The notes: generated by a model from the letters alone, not told the origin. DNA of 64,000 nucleotides from Myxococcota bacterium (GCA_039194325.1 JBCCWC010000011.1:66174-130173); one strand, 5' to 3'. Positions 9,560-20,154 are shown, counted from the stretch's first letter. Translations and numbers: made by a program.

Positions 9560-11176
9560 TCATTCGAGCCGATGTCCGCCGGCGCCGTCGAGCACGATCT
9601 GCCGTTCGAGCCCGATCTCGGCGAGAAATTCCCGGTCGTGGCTCGCGACCACCAGCCCCCCCGGCCAGGCCCGGAGCACCCGACGCAGCGCGGCCCCGCC
9701 GGTGAAATCCAGGCTGTAGGTCGGCTCGTCGAGGACGAGCAGCTCGATCGAGGGGGCTTGTTGGAACAGGCACAGCAGCGCCGCGCGCACCCGCTCTCCC
9801 GGGCTGAGCGAGTCCAGGGGGCGCTCGGCCAGCGCGAGCGGGAACCGGTGCGCCAGCAGTCGCTGCGCCAGCGTCTCCAGCGAGGGGCGCTCGGACAGGG
9901 TCGCCAGGCGTTGCAGCAGGCTGTCGCTCGAGATCCAGTCGGTCGCGCCCTGGGCGATCGAGCCGATCCGCGAGTGGTCCCGGGTGGCGCGGCCGAAGGT
10001 GGGCTCGCGCTGTCCCAGCATCAACTCGAGCAGCGTCGTCTTGCCCGTGGCGTTGCCGCCCAAGACCGCCAGACGCTGGCGCCCCACTCGGGTACTGAGC
10101 CCGTCGAACAGCGATCGTTCGCCCACGCGTACCCCTACGTCCTCGAGGACCACCAGGTCGTGTCCCTTGTCGGGTGGTAGCGTCGGGACGACTACGTGCA
10201 GCGGGAGGTTGACCGCCAGGGCCCGGCGGGTGGCGCGGGCCCACTCGCGCACGGCACCGATCCGGGCCTGTCGGATCTTGGCCGCCTTGCCCTGGCTCTT
10301 TTGCGCGTAGCTGCGCTTTTCGTTGAGCCGCGCCCGCGAGGTGCAACGCCGCAGCTCGTGCAGCCGGCCCACGTTCTTCTTGCGTTGCCGTCGCTGACAT
10401 ACGGTCGCGTGGTGGTGTTCTTGCTGGGCGAGGGTGTTCAGGTTCTTGACGTACTGCCGCTGGCGATCGGCGTCTTCTTGCTCGAGCCGGCGCTCCACTG
10501 CATCGAACGATCCGGGCAAGGTGCGGCACCCAGACTCGGCCACCAGGACGAAGTGCTCGAAGCAGCGCAGCACGCGGCGCACGTGAGAGACGACGAGCAG
10601 CCCGTGGGGCCAGGTCGGCAGCCAGCGGAGCAGCCAGGTGATCCCCGCTTCGTCGAGATCCTGGGTGGGCTCGTCGAGCAGCAGCAGCCGCGGTTGCTCG
10701 AGCTTAGCGTCGAGCAGGTGCAGCTTGCGAGCCTCGCCGCGGCTGAAGCCGGCGGCACAGGCCAGGGTGGCGACCGAGCGCAGGCCGGCCTCGTGAAGCT
10801 CGCGGGCCAGCGTTTGCGCGAAGATCGGGTCGGTGTCTTGGCGACGGCGCCAGCGCTGGAGCTGGCGTCGGGCCACCGCGGGGCTCGGCTCCTGACGCAC
10901 CCAGACCGGGTTGACGTTGAGGTGCACGCTCCCTCGCTGGGGGCGAGCGTGGCCCGCCAAGAGCCCCAAGATGGTGGACTTGCCGACCCCGTTGCGACCG
11001 AAGAGCGCCACCCGATCGTGGCCCAGGCTGATGTCGAGATCGGCGAACAGCGGCCGGCCCTCGGGGGTGCTCACGTAAAGGCCGCGGGCCTCCAGCAGGG
11101 GGCGGTCGGCCGGTGCAGGCGGTACGGACGGTGCGGACGGTGCGGACGATGATCGGGGGTCGAGAGTCGCATTCAT
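9560..11176 (-). CDS. ABC-F family ATP-binding protein (two ABC domains, no TM segments), candidate ribosome-protection factor
   Basis: Walker A GRNGVGKST and GGNATGKTT, signatures FSRGE and LSPGE, Walker B LLLDEPT and LVLDEPT, SH switches, and a long basic interdomain linker. ATG at 11176 overlaps the hflX stop (ATGA). Confidence 0.9.
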   Translation of the reverse strand: MNATLDPRSSSAPSAPSVPPAPADRPLLEARGLYVSTPEGRPLFADLDISLGHDRVALFGRNGVGKSTILGLLAGHARPQRGSVHLNVNPVWVRQEPSPAVARRQLQRWRRRQDTDPIFAQTLARELHEAGLRSVATLACAAGFSRGEARKLHLLDAKLEQPRLLLLDEPTQDLDEAGITWLLRWLPTWPHGLLVVSHVRRVLRCFEHFVLVAESGCRTLPGSFDAVERRLEQEDADRQRQYVKNLNTLAQQEHHHATVCQRRQRKKNVGRLHELRRCTSRARLNEKRSYAQKSQGKAAKIRQARIGAVREWARATRRALAVNLPLHVVVPTLPPDKGHDLVVLEDVGVRVGERSLFDGLSTRVGRQRLAVLGGNATGKTTLLELMLGQREPTFGRATRDHSRIGSIAQGATDWISSDSLLQRLATLSERPSLETLAQRLLAHRFPLALAERPLDSLSPGERVRAALLCLFQQAPSIELLVLDEPTYSLDFTGGAALRRVLRAWPGGLVVASHDREFLAEIGLERQIVLDGAGGHRLE

Positions 11177-12567
11177 GATCGGATCTCCGTGGCCGCGCGC
11201 TCGATGCGTGCGATGAGGTGGGGTCGGCCCTCTAGCGTCAACATCAGGCCAGACTCGGTGGCCTCGGCCTTCACTACTCGGCACGTGGCGTAGGCTCGCT
11301 GGATCACCTCGGTGGCCTCGTAGGGGACCAGGACCCGGGTGCTCCGGTGATCGCCGCGGGCTGCTCGGACCAGTGCGTTCCGGAGTTGGGCGACCGCGTC
11401 GGGATCGTGGCTGCTCAGGGCCATGGATGTGGCGATGGAGCTGATGGAGTCGTGGGCGGGGTCGAGCGCACTCCATGGCTCGGCGGTTGGCGTCGTGACC
11501 CGGTCCATCTTGTTGAACACGTAGAAGCGCGGGATCTTGTCCGCGCCGAGCCGGTGTAGCTGCGCTTCGGTGGTCTGCTGGTGCATGGGCCATTCGGGAT
11601 CGGACGCGTCGATCACCACCACCACCAAGGTGGCCTCACAGATCTCCGCGAGGGTGGACTCGAAGCTGTCCAATAGGCGTGAGGGCAGGCGGCGGATGAA
11701 GCCCACCGTGTCGCTTATCACCACGTCGCCGCCGTGGCGGGTCAGGCAGCGCGAGGTGGTGTCGAGGGTCTCGAAGGGCCGGTCCTGCGCCGACAGGTCC
11801 GCGTTCGTCAGCGCGTTCATCAGCGAGGTCTTGCCCGCGTTGGTGTAGCCCACCAGCACGATCCGCGCGCAGCCGTCCCGGCCCTTGCGCTGGGTTTGGC
11901 CCGCGCGCTCGAGCCGGGCGAACGCCTTGCGCAGCTCGGCGAGGCGCCCGTCGAGGCGCCGGGCCAGCAGCTCCGAGGCGGTCTCCCCCGGTCCGCGGGC
12001 GCGCATGATGCCGCCCGCTTGTTGATCCATCTGCAAGCCCAGGCCGCGGATCCGCGGGCGGAGGTACTCCAGGTGGGCGATCTCCACCTGGATCCGCGCC
12101 TTGCGGGTCTTGGCGTGGCGCTCGAAGACGTTGAGGATCACCGCCTCGCGATCGGCGATCGAAAACCCGGTGATGTCCTCGATGTTGCGGGTCTGCGAGG
12201 GGCTGAGCTCGGCGTCGACGACCAGCAGATCCGCGCCGTACTCGGTGGCCCGGGCTGCTATCTGTTCGAAGGCGCCGCGACCGAGGAAGGTGCGGGGGTC
12301 GGGACGCGAGCGCGTCAGCGTCTGCCAGCCGACGACCTCGTCTCCCTGGGCGCGTACGAGCCCCAGGATCTCGGCGAGCTGGGCCTCGGTGTGCGTCGAG
12401 CCGGACCCGGCGCCCACTGACACCACATAGCAGGCGTTGGGGTCACCGGGCCGCTTGGTGGGGCGGGTGTGGTGCCGGGCCCAGTGGTCGACCAGATGCT
12501 CCCAGCGGCCATCGTCGGCCAGAGGGACTTGTTCGTGTTCGGCGATCGGTTTCGAATGGAATTTCAC
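11173..12567 (-). CDS. hflX: GTPase HflX (ribosome-splitting factor)
   Basis: LSPSQTRNIE, DREAVILNVFERHA, RGPGET, G1 VGYTNAGKTS, G2 FETLDTT, G3 DTVGF and G4 NKMD. Probable GTG start at 12567 with AGGA upstream. Confidence 0.93.
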   Translation of the reverse strand: MKFHSKPIAEHEQVPLADDGRWEHLVDHWARHHTRPTKRPGDPNACYVVSVGAGSGSTHTEAQLAEILGLVRAQGDEVVGWQTLTRSRPDPRTFLGRGAFEQIAARATEYGADLLVVDAELSPSQTRNIEDITGFSIADREAVILNVFERHAKTRKARIQVEIAHLEYLRPRIRGLGLQMDQQAGGIMRARGPGETASELLARRLDGRLAELRKAFARLERAGQTQRKGRDGCARIVLVGYTNAGKTSLMNALTNADLSAQDRPFETLDTTSRCLTRHGGDVVISDTVGFIRRLPSRLLDSFESTLAEICEATLVVVVIDASDPEWPMHQQTTEAQLHRLGADKIPRFYVFNKMDRVTTPTAEPWSALDPAHDSISSIATSMALSSHDPDAVAQLRNALVRAARGDHRSTRVLVPYEATEVIQRAYATCRVVKAEATESGLMLTLEGRPHLIARIERAATEIRS

Positions 12568-12756
12568 GGAGGGTCCTGTCGCGGGATCCCCATCGGCTCG
12601 CATAGCCCATGCGTAGGGGCGATGCGCGCGATGAGAGGTTCGTCGTCCGGGCCTCGACGAGCGGAACGCCTCGGAATTACGGGCGATCTCGCGGTGGTCG
12701 AGACAGTCGAGTCCTGGCCAGCATCAAGTCTGAACAGGGGGGCTCGAGGGCAGGGA

Positions 12757-12780
12757 CTAGACGAAGTGCGACAGGATCAT
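12757..12780 (-). CDS. Putative leader peptide (uORF) MILSHFV upstream of hflX-ABC-F
   Basis: Minus strand reads GGAGG-CCCGTC-ATG ATC CTG TCG CAC TTC GTC TAG: a GGAGG SD (12787-12791) with 6-nt spacing, about 190 nt upstream of hflX. Confidence 0.7.
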   Translation of the reverse strand: MILSHFV

Positions 12781-12938
12781 GACGGGCCTCCAGCTAGAGG
12801 GCACGTTGCTGGTTTGGGCAAGGTAGCCTGCCTGTCGGGGATCGGCAAGGACGAGATTGCGGGTCGGCGAATCCTCGGGCAGGTCTCGCCGGTGGACTAC
12901 GCGATTGCCGCTGGGCATGGTCCGGGGCGAGCGCCGGG

Positions 12939-15110
12939 TTACTGCCCGTGCGTGATCATGTAGCCCATCAGGCTGTTGGTATCGGCGTAGCTCGGATCGT
13001 TCTCAGGTGTGTCCAAGTCTTGCCAGTCGAAGTCGGTGATCCACATGCGGCCGGTGCCGAGGTCGCGGTAGGCGATCGAGACGGTCGCGTTGTTCCAGCC
13101 CACCAGCGGGGTGATGCCGGGATACGCCGACACATCGCGCCCGCATCCGGAATCACCGAGCGGGATCGGGTTGAAGGGATTGTCGAGCCAGAATGCGTCG
13201 CCGGCGTTGTACTGGAACACGATCGGCGCGCGATCTAGGCATGAGCCGATCATCGCGCCTTGCGCGACGTTCTGGAACAAGTCGCTGAAGACCTCGTCGG
13301 ACGACAATGCCTCGGTCAGCACGATCCCCCCGCCGCTGACGTAGGCGCTGATCTCAGCGGCATTATAGAGGTTGATGCCCGATCGAGTGATTAGGATCGC
13401 CTGCGTGTCCATATCGGGGGTGCAGCCGATCACGAGGTTGAGGCCGGACATCGCCGGGAAAAATGAAGTGACGTCGCGTTGTGAGCCTCCACAGAGTAGT
13501 ACGTTCAGTTGAACTTCGTTCATACACTGGTCGTCGCAGCCGTCACCGTTCATCCCGTTGCCGTCGTCGCATTGCTCGCCGGCGCTCGTGTTGACGATTC
13601 CATCTCCGCACATGCTCAGCGTGCAGTTATCGTTACAGGCTGCTGTTTCGATGCCGTCGTCGCACTCTTCTACGGGGCTGTTGATCGCGCCATCGCCACA
13701 GTTGTCACAGACTTCGGGGCAGATCGTAAAGGCGGCGTCGCCGCAGCCTTCATCCCAGTGCATGCTACAGCACGCGGGATTCGTAGCGCAGATGTCGGCG
13801 GTACAAACGTCGTTGTCGCAGCCCGGGGTGCCGTTGTCGCCGCAACAGTCACCGCCATAGTTGATGCATCCGCTCGTATCGAAGGCCAGGCAATTGGGCT
13901 GGCACCCCAACGTGCCGGTGTCGAAACCTTGAGCGTCACAATCTTGGCCCATGAGATCGGCACCATCACAGACCTCCACGGGGCTGTTGATCATCCCATC
14001 GCCACAGTTGTCACAGACGATAGGACACTCACTGAATGCCAGGTCGGCACAATCCTGATTCCATGTTGCACCGCAACATGAAGGATCGGCAGCACACACC
14101 GCGTTGGTGCAGGCGGAGTCGTCACAGCCGGGCGTGCCGTTGGGCGCGCAGCAGCCACTACTATAGTTACCGCAGTTGGAGGTGTCGTAGTCCGAGCAAT
14201 CGGCTAGGCAGCTCAGCGTCCCGTAGTCGAAACCCTGGGTCACGCAATCCGCCTTGCCCAGGTCGTTGCCATCGCAGATCTCGGGGCCTTCGGCCATGTC
14301 GTCGCCGCAGTCATGACAGCCCGAGACGTCGAATGCCGAGCAATCGGCGAGGCAGGCCAGCGTCCCGCCGTCGAGGCCCTGAGTCACGCAATCTTCGCCC
14401 AGGAGATCCAGACCGTCGCACTGTTCGGTGGCCATGATATTGGTGATGCCATCACCACAGATGGCCATCGTGCAGTCTTCGTCACAGGTCATCGATTCGC
14501 CCATGTCGTCGCACTCTTCGTTGGCGCTCGTGTTGGTGATGCCGTCGCCGCAGAAGGCCGATGTACAGTCGGTGTTGCAGGTCATCGACTCGCCCTGGTC
14601 ATCGCACTCCTCGCCCGCAGCCGTGTTGATGGTGCCGTCCCGGCAGTTGACGTTGGTGCAGTCGATGTCGCAGGCTTCGGTGCGCTTCCCTCCGGCGTCA
14701 CATTGCTCGCCGGCTGCCTGATTGAGCAGTCCATCGCCGCACTCGGCAGGTGTGCAGTCGGCGTCGCAGTCTTCGGACTTCCCGCCGTCGTCGCACTCCT
14801 CTCCAGGCTCTACGATTCCGTTGCCGCACTCGGGGACAATCGGGCCGGTGTCCGTCGTGCCTGTCTCCGTCGTGCTTGTCTTCATCGAGCCGGTCGCCAT
14901 CTCGGTGTCGACCTCGCTCGATGAGCTGGAATCAAGTGGAACCGACCCGATGGTGGTCTCGGAGCTCCCCGTCTCGCTCGTCGGCGCGTAGTTCCCTGGG
15001 TCGGGCGGTCCGAGCCGACACGCGGACAGTGGCAGTACGAGCAGCCCCAGAGCAGCACCGAAGGAGCGTTTCGTCGACATCATCACTGGCGATGCTAGAC
15101 CGAGTGCCAT
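12939..15110 (-). CDS. Cys-rich surface lipoprotein with myxobacterial disulfide repeats (CGDG..E.CD, DUF4215-like), paralog 1
   Basis: LSAC lipobox, many CGNG/CGDG...EECDD repeats, CC..NGTPGC.D..C modules, and a globular C-terminal domain. Start is uncertain. Confidence 0.88.
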   Translation of the reverse strand: MALGLASPVMMSTKRSFGAALGLLVLPLSACRLGPPDPGNYAPTSETGSSETTIGSVPLDSSSSSEVDTEMATGSMKTSTTETGTTDTGPIVPECGNGIVEPGEECDDGGKSEDCDADCTPAECGDGLLNQAAGEQCDAGGKRTEACDIDCTNVNCRDGTINTAAGEECDDQGESMTCNTDCTSAFCGDGITNTSANEECDDMGESMTCDEDCTMAICGDGITNIMATEQCDGLDLLGEDCVTQGLDGGTLACLADCSAFDVSGCHDCGDDMAEGPEICDGNDLGKADCVTQGFDYGTLSCLADCSDYDTSNCGNYSSGCCAPNGTPGCDDSACTNAVCAADPSCCGATWNQDCADLAFSECPIVCDNCGDGMINSPVEVCDGADLMGQDCDAQGFDTGTLGCQPNCLAFDTSGCINYGGDCCGDNGTPGCDNDVCTADICATNPACCSMHWDEGCGDAAFTICPEVCDNCGDGAINSPVEECDDGIETAACNDNCTLSMCGDGIVNTSAGEQCDDGNGMNGDGCDDQCMNEVQLNVLLCGGSQRDVTSFFPAMSGLNLVIGCTPDMDTQAILITRSGINLYNAAEISAYVSGGGIVLTEALSSDEVFSDLFQNVAQGAMIGSCLDRAPIVFQYNAGDAFWLDNPFNPIPLGDSGCGRDVSAYPGITPLVGWNNATVSIAYRDLGTGRMWITDFDWQDLDTPENDPSYADTNSLMGYMITHGQ

Positions 15111-15277
15111 GCTCCTTGAGGCCCGAACTCCAGCGCAAACGGGTCATCGATGGGGGTTTTTTGATCCTAGATCCCACACGGCACTCAGGTTCGGATCTTT
15201 GGCGTCATCGTTCATGAACGAGGCCGCATCGAGCCTCGCGCTGCACCTTGCGGGGTGATGCGGGGTGATGCGCGAGG

Positions 15278-17506
15278 TCACTGCCCGTGCGTGATCATGT
15301 AGCCCATCAGGCTGTTGGTATCGGCGTAGCTCGGATCGATCTCGGGGATTTCGAGATCTTGCCAGTCGAAGTCGGTGATCCACATGCGGCCGGTGCCGAG
15401 GTCGCGGTAGGCGATCGAGACGGTGGCGTTGTTCCAGCCTACCAGCGGGGTGATGCCGGGAAACGCCGAGACATCGCGCCCGCAGCCGGAATCACCGAGG
15501 GGGATCGGGTTGAAGGGATTGTCGAGCCAGAATGGGTCGCCGGCGTTGTACTGGAACACGATCGGTGCGCGATCTTGGCATGAGCCAGTGAACGCCCCCT
15601 CGGCGACATTGGCGAATAGATCGCTGAATACATCATCGGACGACGAGAACTCGGTCAGCACGATCCCTCCGCCGCTGACGTAGGCGCTGATCTCGGCAGG
15701 ATTATAGAGGTTGGTGCCCGTGCGGGTGATGATGACCGCCTGCGTGTCCATATCGGGGGTGCAGCCGATGACGAGGTTGAGGCCGGACATCGGCGGGAAG
15801 AACGAGGTCACGTCGCGCGACGAGCCGCCACACCGCAGCACGTTCGGGTGCAGCTCGTTCATGCACTGATCGTCGCAGCCGTCATCGTTGTTGAGGTTGC
15901 CGTCGTCGCATTGCTCGCCGGCGTTGGTGTTGGTGAGCCCATCGCCGCACACGGGCAGCGTGCAATCGACGTCGCAGGTGGGCGACTCTCCGGCGTCGTC
16001 ACAATCTTCGCCTGCCGTGACGTTGGTGAGCCCATCACCGCACACGGGCAGCGTGCAGTCATCGTCGCAGGTCGCCGATTCCCCGGCGTCGTCACACTCC
16101 TCCACGGGGCTGTTGACCAGGCCGTCGCCGCAATTGTCACAGACGGCGGGGCACAGGGTGAACGTCGCGTCGGCGCAGCTCTGGTCCCACTGCGCGTTGC
16201 AGCACGCGGGATCGGCCGCGCAGACGTCGGCGGTACAGACGTCGTCGTCGCAGCCGGGGGTGCCGTTGTCGCTGCAACAATCTCCGCCGTAGTTGACGCA
16301 TCCGCTGGTGTCGAAGGCCGAGCAGTCGGGTTGGCACCCCAGTGTGCCGGTGTCGAAGCCCTGGCTTATGCAAGTCTCGCCCATCAGCGCGGCGCCGTCG
16401 CAGACCTCCACGGGGCTGTTGATGAGGTCGTCGCCGCAGTTGTCACAGACGGCGGGGCACAGGGCGAACGCTGCGTCGGCGCAGGCCTGACTCCATTGGT
16501 TATTGCAGCACGCGGCGTCGCTGGCACAGACCATGGCCGCACAGGGGGCATCGGCGCAGCCCGGGGTCCCGTTGGCATTGCAGCAGTCTCCGGTGAAGTT
16601 GATGCAGCCGGCGGTGTCGAAGGCCGCGCAATCGGGTTGGCACGCCAGCACGCCGCCGTCGAAGCCCTGGGTGCTGCAATCGTCCATGCCCACGTCGGCG
16701 CCATCACAGACCTCCACGGGGCTGTTGATCGTCCCGTCGCCGCAGTTGTCGCAGATCGCCGGGCACTCGCTGAAGGCCAGATCGGCGCAGCCCTGGCTCC
16801 AAGCGGCGCGGCAGCACGATGGATCGGCGGCACACACCGCGGTCGTGCAGCCCATGTCGTCGCAGCCCGGGGTGTCGTTGGAGGCGCAGCAGGCCCCGCC
16901 AAAGTCGCCGCAGCCGGAGATGTCGTAGTCCGAGCAGTCGGGCAGGCAGCCGAGCGTGCCGTACTCGAAGCCCCGTGACAGGCAATCTTCTCCGTTTAGA
17001 TCGTCGCCATCACAAGTCTCCGCGTCGTCGATGATGTCGTTGCCGCAGGCAGAGCAGCCCGACAGGTCGAACCCGGAGCAGTCGGGCAGGCAGGCCAGGG
17101 TGCCGCCGCCCTGGCCCAGGGTCACGCAGTCTTCACCGAGCAGATCCGAGCCGTCGCACGACTCGGCGGCCGCGGCGTTGGCCCGATCGTCACCGCACTG
17201 GGCCGGCGTGCAATCGGCGTTACAGGTCGCCGACTCGCCCCCATCGTCACAGTCCTCGCCGGGATCCACGACTCCGTCGCCGCACGCGTCGGACCCGGTC
17301 CCCATCGCGCCGCTGCCCATCTCGGTGTCGGCGTCGCTCGACGAGCTCGGACTGGGGGTCCCCGGCGGGTCGGTCGTCCCCGAGCCCTCCGTGCCGCTGG
17401 TCGGGAGGTAGTCTCCCGCTTGGGGCGGATCGAGTCGACACGCCGGCAGCAGCAACCCGAAGAGCCCCATGGCGATCCCGCGAGCGCGCATCGTCGACGT
17501 CATCAT
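15278..17506 (-). CDS. Cys-rich surface lipoprotein with myxobacterial disulfide repeats, paralog 2
   Basis: LPAC lipobox and the same repeat modules. The C-terminal ~190 aa are nearly identical to paralog 1 (both end YADTNSLMGYMITHGQ). Confidence 0.88.
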   Translation of the reverse strand: MMTSTMRARGIAMGLFGLLLPACRLDPPQAGDYLPTSGTEGSGTTDPPGTPSPSSSSDADTEMGSGAMGTGSDACGDGVVDPGEDCDDGGESATCNADCTPAQCGDDRANAAAAESCDGSDLLGEDCVTLGQGGGTLACLPDCSGFDLSGCSACGNDIIDDAETCDGDDLNGEDCLSRGFEYGTLGCLPDCSDYDISGCGDFGGACCASNDTPGCDDMGCTTAVCAADPSCCRAAWSQGCADLAFSECPAICDNCGDGTINSPVEVCDGADVGMDDCSTQGFDGGVLACQPDCAAFDTAGCINFTGDCCNANGTPGCADAPCAAMVCASDAACCNNQWSQACADAAFALCPAVCDNCGDDLINSPVEVCDGAALMGETCISQGFDTGTLGCQPDCSAFDTSGCVNYGGDCCSDNGTPGCDDDVCTADVCAADPACCNAQWDQSCADATFTLCPAVCDNCGDGLVNSPVEECDDAGESATCDDDCTLPVCGDGLTNVTAGEDCDDAGESPTCDVDCTLPVCGDGLTNTNAGEQCDDGNLNNDDGCDDQCMNELHPNVLRCGGSSRDVTSFFPPMSGLNLVIGCTPDMDTQAVIITRTGTNLYNPAEISAYVSGGGIVLTEFSSSDDVFSDLFANVAEGAFTGSCQDRAPIVFQYNAGDPFWLDNPFNPIPLGDSGCGRDVSAFPGITPLVGWNNATVSIAYRDLGTGRMWITDFDWQDLEIPEIDPSYADTNSLMGYMITHGQ

Positions 17507-17610
17507 CGGCGAATGCTAGCCCATTTCCTCGTTTCCAGTCGGCATGGCGGGCAATTTCGGGCTCCTGGCGAGCATGTTCGGGCCGACCGTTCGTGAGCGG
17601 TCGGGCCGAC

Positions 17611-18318
17611 CTATACGCCCTGTCCCGGGTCGAGCTTCCCCTTGTCGCGCAGTTGCTTGTGCTCGCTATACCGCGTGGTGAGCACGTCGACGCGATCGCG
17701 CAATAGTAGCGTGAAGCGAAACAGCTCCTCGCACACGTCGACCACCCGGTCGCGAAAGCTCGAGGGCTTCATGCGGCCGTCGTCGTCGAACTCCTGCCAG
17801 GCCTTGGCCACCGAGGACTGGTTGGGGATCGTGAACATCCGCATCCAGCGGCCGAGGATCCGCAGCTGGTTGACGGCGTTGAACGACTGCGAGCCTCCGC
17901 TGACCTCCATGACCGCCAGGGTGCGCCCCTGGGTAGGTCGCACCGCGCCGTCCGACAGCGGCAGCCAGTCGATCTGGTTCTTGAACGCGGCGGTCATGCT
18001 GCCGTGCTGCTCGGGCGAGATCCACACGTGCCCCTCGGACCAGATCGACGCCTGGCGCAGCAGCTGTACCTTGGGGTGGTCGCCCGAGGTGCGGTCGAAC
18101 ACCGGCAGCCCGTGTGGGTCGAAGACCTGCACCTGGGCCCCGAACCGGGTGAGCACGCGCTCGACCTCGAGCGCCAGCTTGCGGCTGTAGCTGACCGCGC
18201 GCAGCGATCCGTAGAGCACCAGAATGCGGGGCGGATGCTCGCGGCCTCCGGTGAGGCCCAGGGCGTCCCGGGCGGAGGCGACCGAGTGGGAGGGCAGATC
18301 GTCGTCGATGGTGTGCAC
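17611..18318 (-). CDS. arsH: Arsenical resistance NADPH-dependent FMN reductase ArsH
   Basis: [87 protein letters not shown] start at 18318 is inferred. Confidence 0.93.
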   Translation of the reverse strand: MHTIDDDLPSHSVASARDALGLTGGREHPPRILVLYGSLRAVSYSRKLALEVERVLTRFGAQVQVFDPHGLPVFDRTSGDHPKVQLLRQASIWSEGHVWISPEQHGSMTAAFKNQIDWLPLSDGAVRPTQGRTLAVMEVSGGSQSFNAVNQLRILGRWMRMFTIPNQSSVAKAWQEFDDDGRMKPSSFRDRVVDVCEELFRFTLLLRDRVDVLTTRYSEHKQLRDKGKLDPGQGV

Positions 18319-18474
18319 GTGGCCCGACCTTAGCGAGGGCCCAGCCGGGTCGTCAGCGCGCGGTCCCTTCGATCTTTTCGTGAGGTTTGATGCGCTTTGG
18401 ATGATCGATCCGGTTGGGGCCGGCACTTCCCTGGGCGAGCACGACCCGCGCACCGAAAGGAACGAGCAACGACG

Positions 18475-20154
18475 ATGCAGCGAGCCTGGACCTACGCCCA
18501 TGCAACCACCTTGGCGACCGCGACGAGCTTGGCGACCGCGACTACCTTGGCGACGGTGTCGCTCACGTCCCGCGAGGCCGCGGCGTGTGGCGCGGTCTTC
18601 GTGCCGCGCGAGCAGACCACCACCGTCGAGCAGACCGGGCTCAATGTGGTGTACGCGCGCGACGGGGACGTCGTGGAGGCGCACATCCAGATCCAGCACC
18701 GCGGCGACGAGGGGACCGAGCTGGGCTGGGTCGTCCCCGTGATGGCCCGCCCCGAGGTCTCGATCGGTTCCGATCCGCTGTTCGACCGCTTGCTCGAGGG
18801 TACCGTGCCCCTCTTTCGGGTCCGTCGAAACGAAGAGGACAACTGTAGCCGGGGGTTCTCCGGCTGTGGCGCGGCCGGAGGTGGCGACGAGCGGGGAGAC
18901 GAGGGCGAGTCCGAGGATCCCCTTCGGGTGGCCGAGGGCACGGTGGGGGTCTACGACTACGCCCGGCTCGAGGGGGGCACCGTCCAGGAGATCACCCAGT
19001 GGCTCGATGACAACGGCTACGCGTACGACGAGCAGTCTGTGCCGATCCTCCAGGAGTATCTCGCCGAGGGATTCGGCTTTTTGGCGTTCAAGCTCCCCCG
19101 GCGCTCGCGCGGCGGCGAGCAGGCCATCCACCCGGTGGTGCTCCGCTACCCGGGTACCGAGGTGTGCTTGCCGCTTCGCATGACCCGGATCGCCGGGTCC
19201 GAGCGAATGAGCGTGCGGGTGTTCGTGCTTGGTTCGTCGAGGGCGGTTCCCAGCAACTACCGGCACGTGGAGCTCAACCGATTGAAGATATCGTCCGACG
19301 GTGACGACTACGACCGCGAGGTCTACGCGGCCACCCACGAGCAGGACACGCAGGGGCGGGCCTTCGTCACCGAGTTCGCGGGATCGCCCCCGCCCGCGAA
19401 CGCGACCGTCTACTCGGAGCTCTGGGATAGTCGGGCCTTTGCCGATCTCGATCCCGCCGATCTGACCGAGGTGCTCATGGGGCAGCGGCTGCTGAAGTGT
19501 TCGGCGGACGAGGACGCGTGCACCCCCGAGCACCCGCTGCTGATGGATCTGCTGGAGGCCTACCTACCGCCTCCGTGGGGCAAGAGCGCCGAGCGCTTCT
19601 ATTCGTGCAGCTACTGTGACCCGCAGGCCCTGGTCGGCCTCGATTGGGATCGTGCGGGCTTTGTCGAGGCGATGGAGGAGTTCATCGTGGGGCCGGGCGA
19701 GCAAGCTGCGGATCTGCTGGCGCTGCCTTATCTGACCCGCATGCACGCGGTGATGTCGCCCGAGGAAATGACCGTCGATCCGGTGTTCCACGAAAACCCG
19801 GATCTTCCCGATGTGTCGCGCCTCTACTCGCAGACTCGGGTCGAAAACTGCGAGGGTCCCAGCCGCGTGGTGCTCGACGATGGGCGGCGGATCTTCTTCG
19901 ATTCGAACCCCCCGGGCTTTTCCAGTATGCCCTCCTCGCTGCGGATCGAAGAGATCCCGCCGCAGGGAGCTCCGGTCGTGTTGTTCGATCACTCGGATGC
20001 GATCGACGAGGAGCTCGCGCGCTGGAACGCCGAGCACGGTCCGCCGCCGCAGGGGTGTGACTGCCGGGCGGTCCGCTGGCGCTGGCGAGGCTCGGGCCCC
20101 TTGCTGCTGATGTTCGGTCTCGGGCTGCTGGCCCGTCGTCGCCGGGGTGGCTAG
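18475..20154 (+). CDS. DUF2330 domain secreted protein with a MYXO-CTERM-like sorting tail
   Basis: AAACG signal, AHIQI..G...GWVVPV, VGVYDY, WLDDNGY, LPLRMT, YLTRM...[12 protein letters not shown]-terminus is GCDC...hydrophobic...RRRR. Confidence 0.85.
   Translation: MQRAWTYAHATTLATATSLATATTLATVSLTSREAAACGAVFVPREQTTTVEQTGLNVVYARDGDVVEAHIQIQHRGDEGTELGWVVPVMARPEVSIGSDPLFDRLLEGTVPLFRVRRNEEDNCSRGFSGCGAAGGGDERGDEGESEDPLRVAEGTVGVYDYARLEGGTVQEITQWLDDNGYAYDEQSVPILQEYLAEGFGFLAFKLPRRSRGGEQAIHPVVLRYPGTEVCLPLRMTRIAGSERMSVRVFVLGSSRAVPSNYRHVELNRLKISSDGDDYDREVYAATHEQDTQGRAFVTEFAGSPPPANATVYSELWDSRAFADLDPADLTEVLMGQRLLKCSADEDACTPEHPLLMDLLEAYLPPPWGKSAERFYSCSYCDPQALVGLDWDRAGFVEAMEEFIVGPGEQAADLLALPYLTRMHAVMSPEEMTVDPVFHENPDLPDVSRLYSQTRVENCEGPSRVVLDDGRRIFFDSNPPGFSSMPSSLRIEEIPPQGAPVVLFDHSDAIDEELARWNAEHGPPPQGCDCRAVRWRWRGSGPLLLMFGLGLLARRRRGG

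Noticed and set aside
12939..15850. Diversity-generating retroelement template/variable repeat pair between the paralog 3' ends
   Set aside because: The differences examined are not restricted to adenines (e.g. GAC/GAT, TTG/CTC, CCT/CCC), both copies are full genes, and no reverse transcriptase is present.
18319..19533. 640-aa ArsH fusion
   Set aside because: The extension is antisense to the DUF2330 gene, a typical GC-rich shadow frame.
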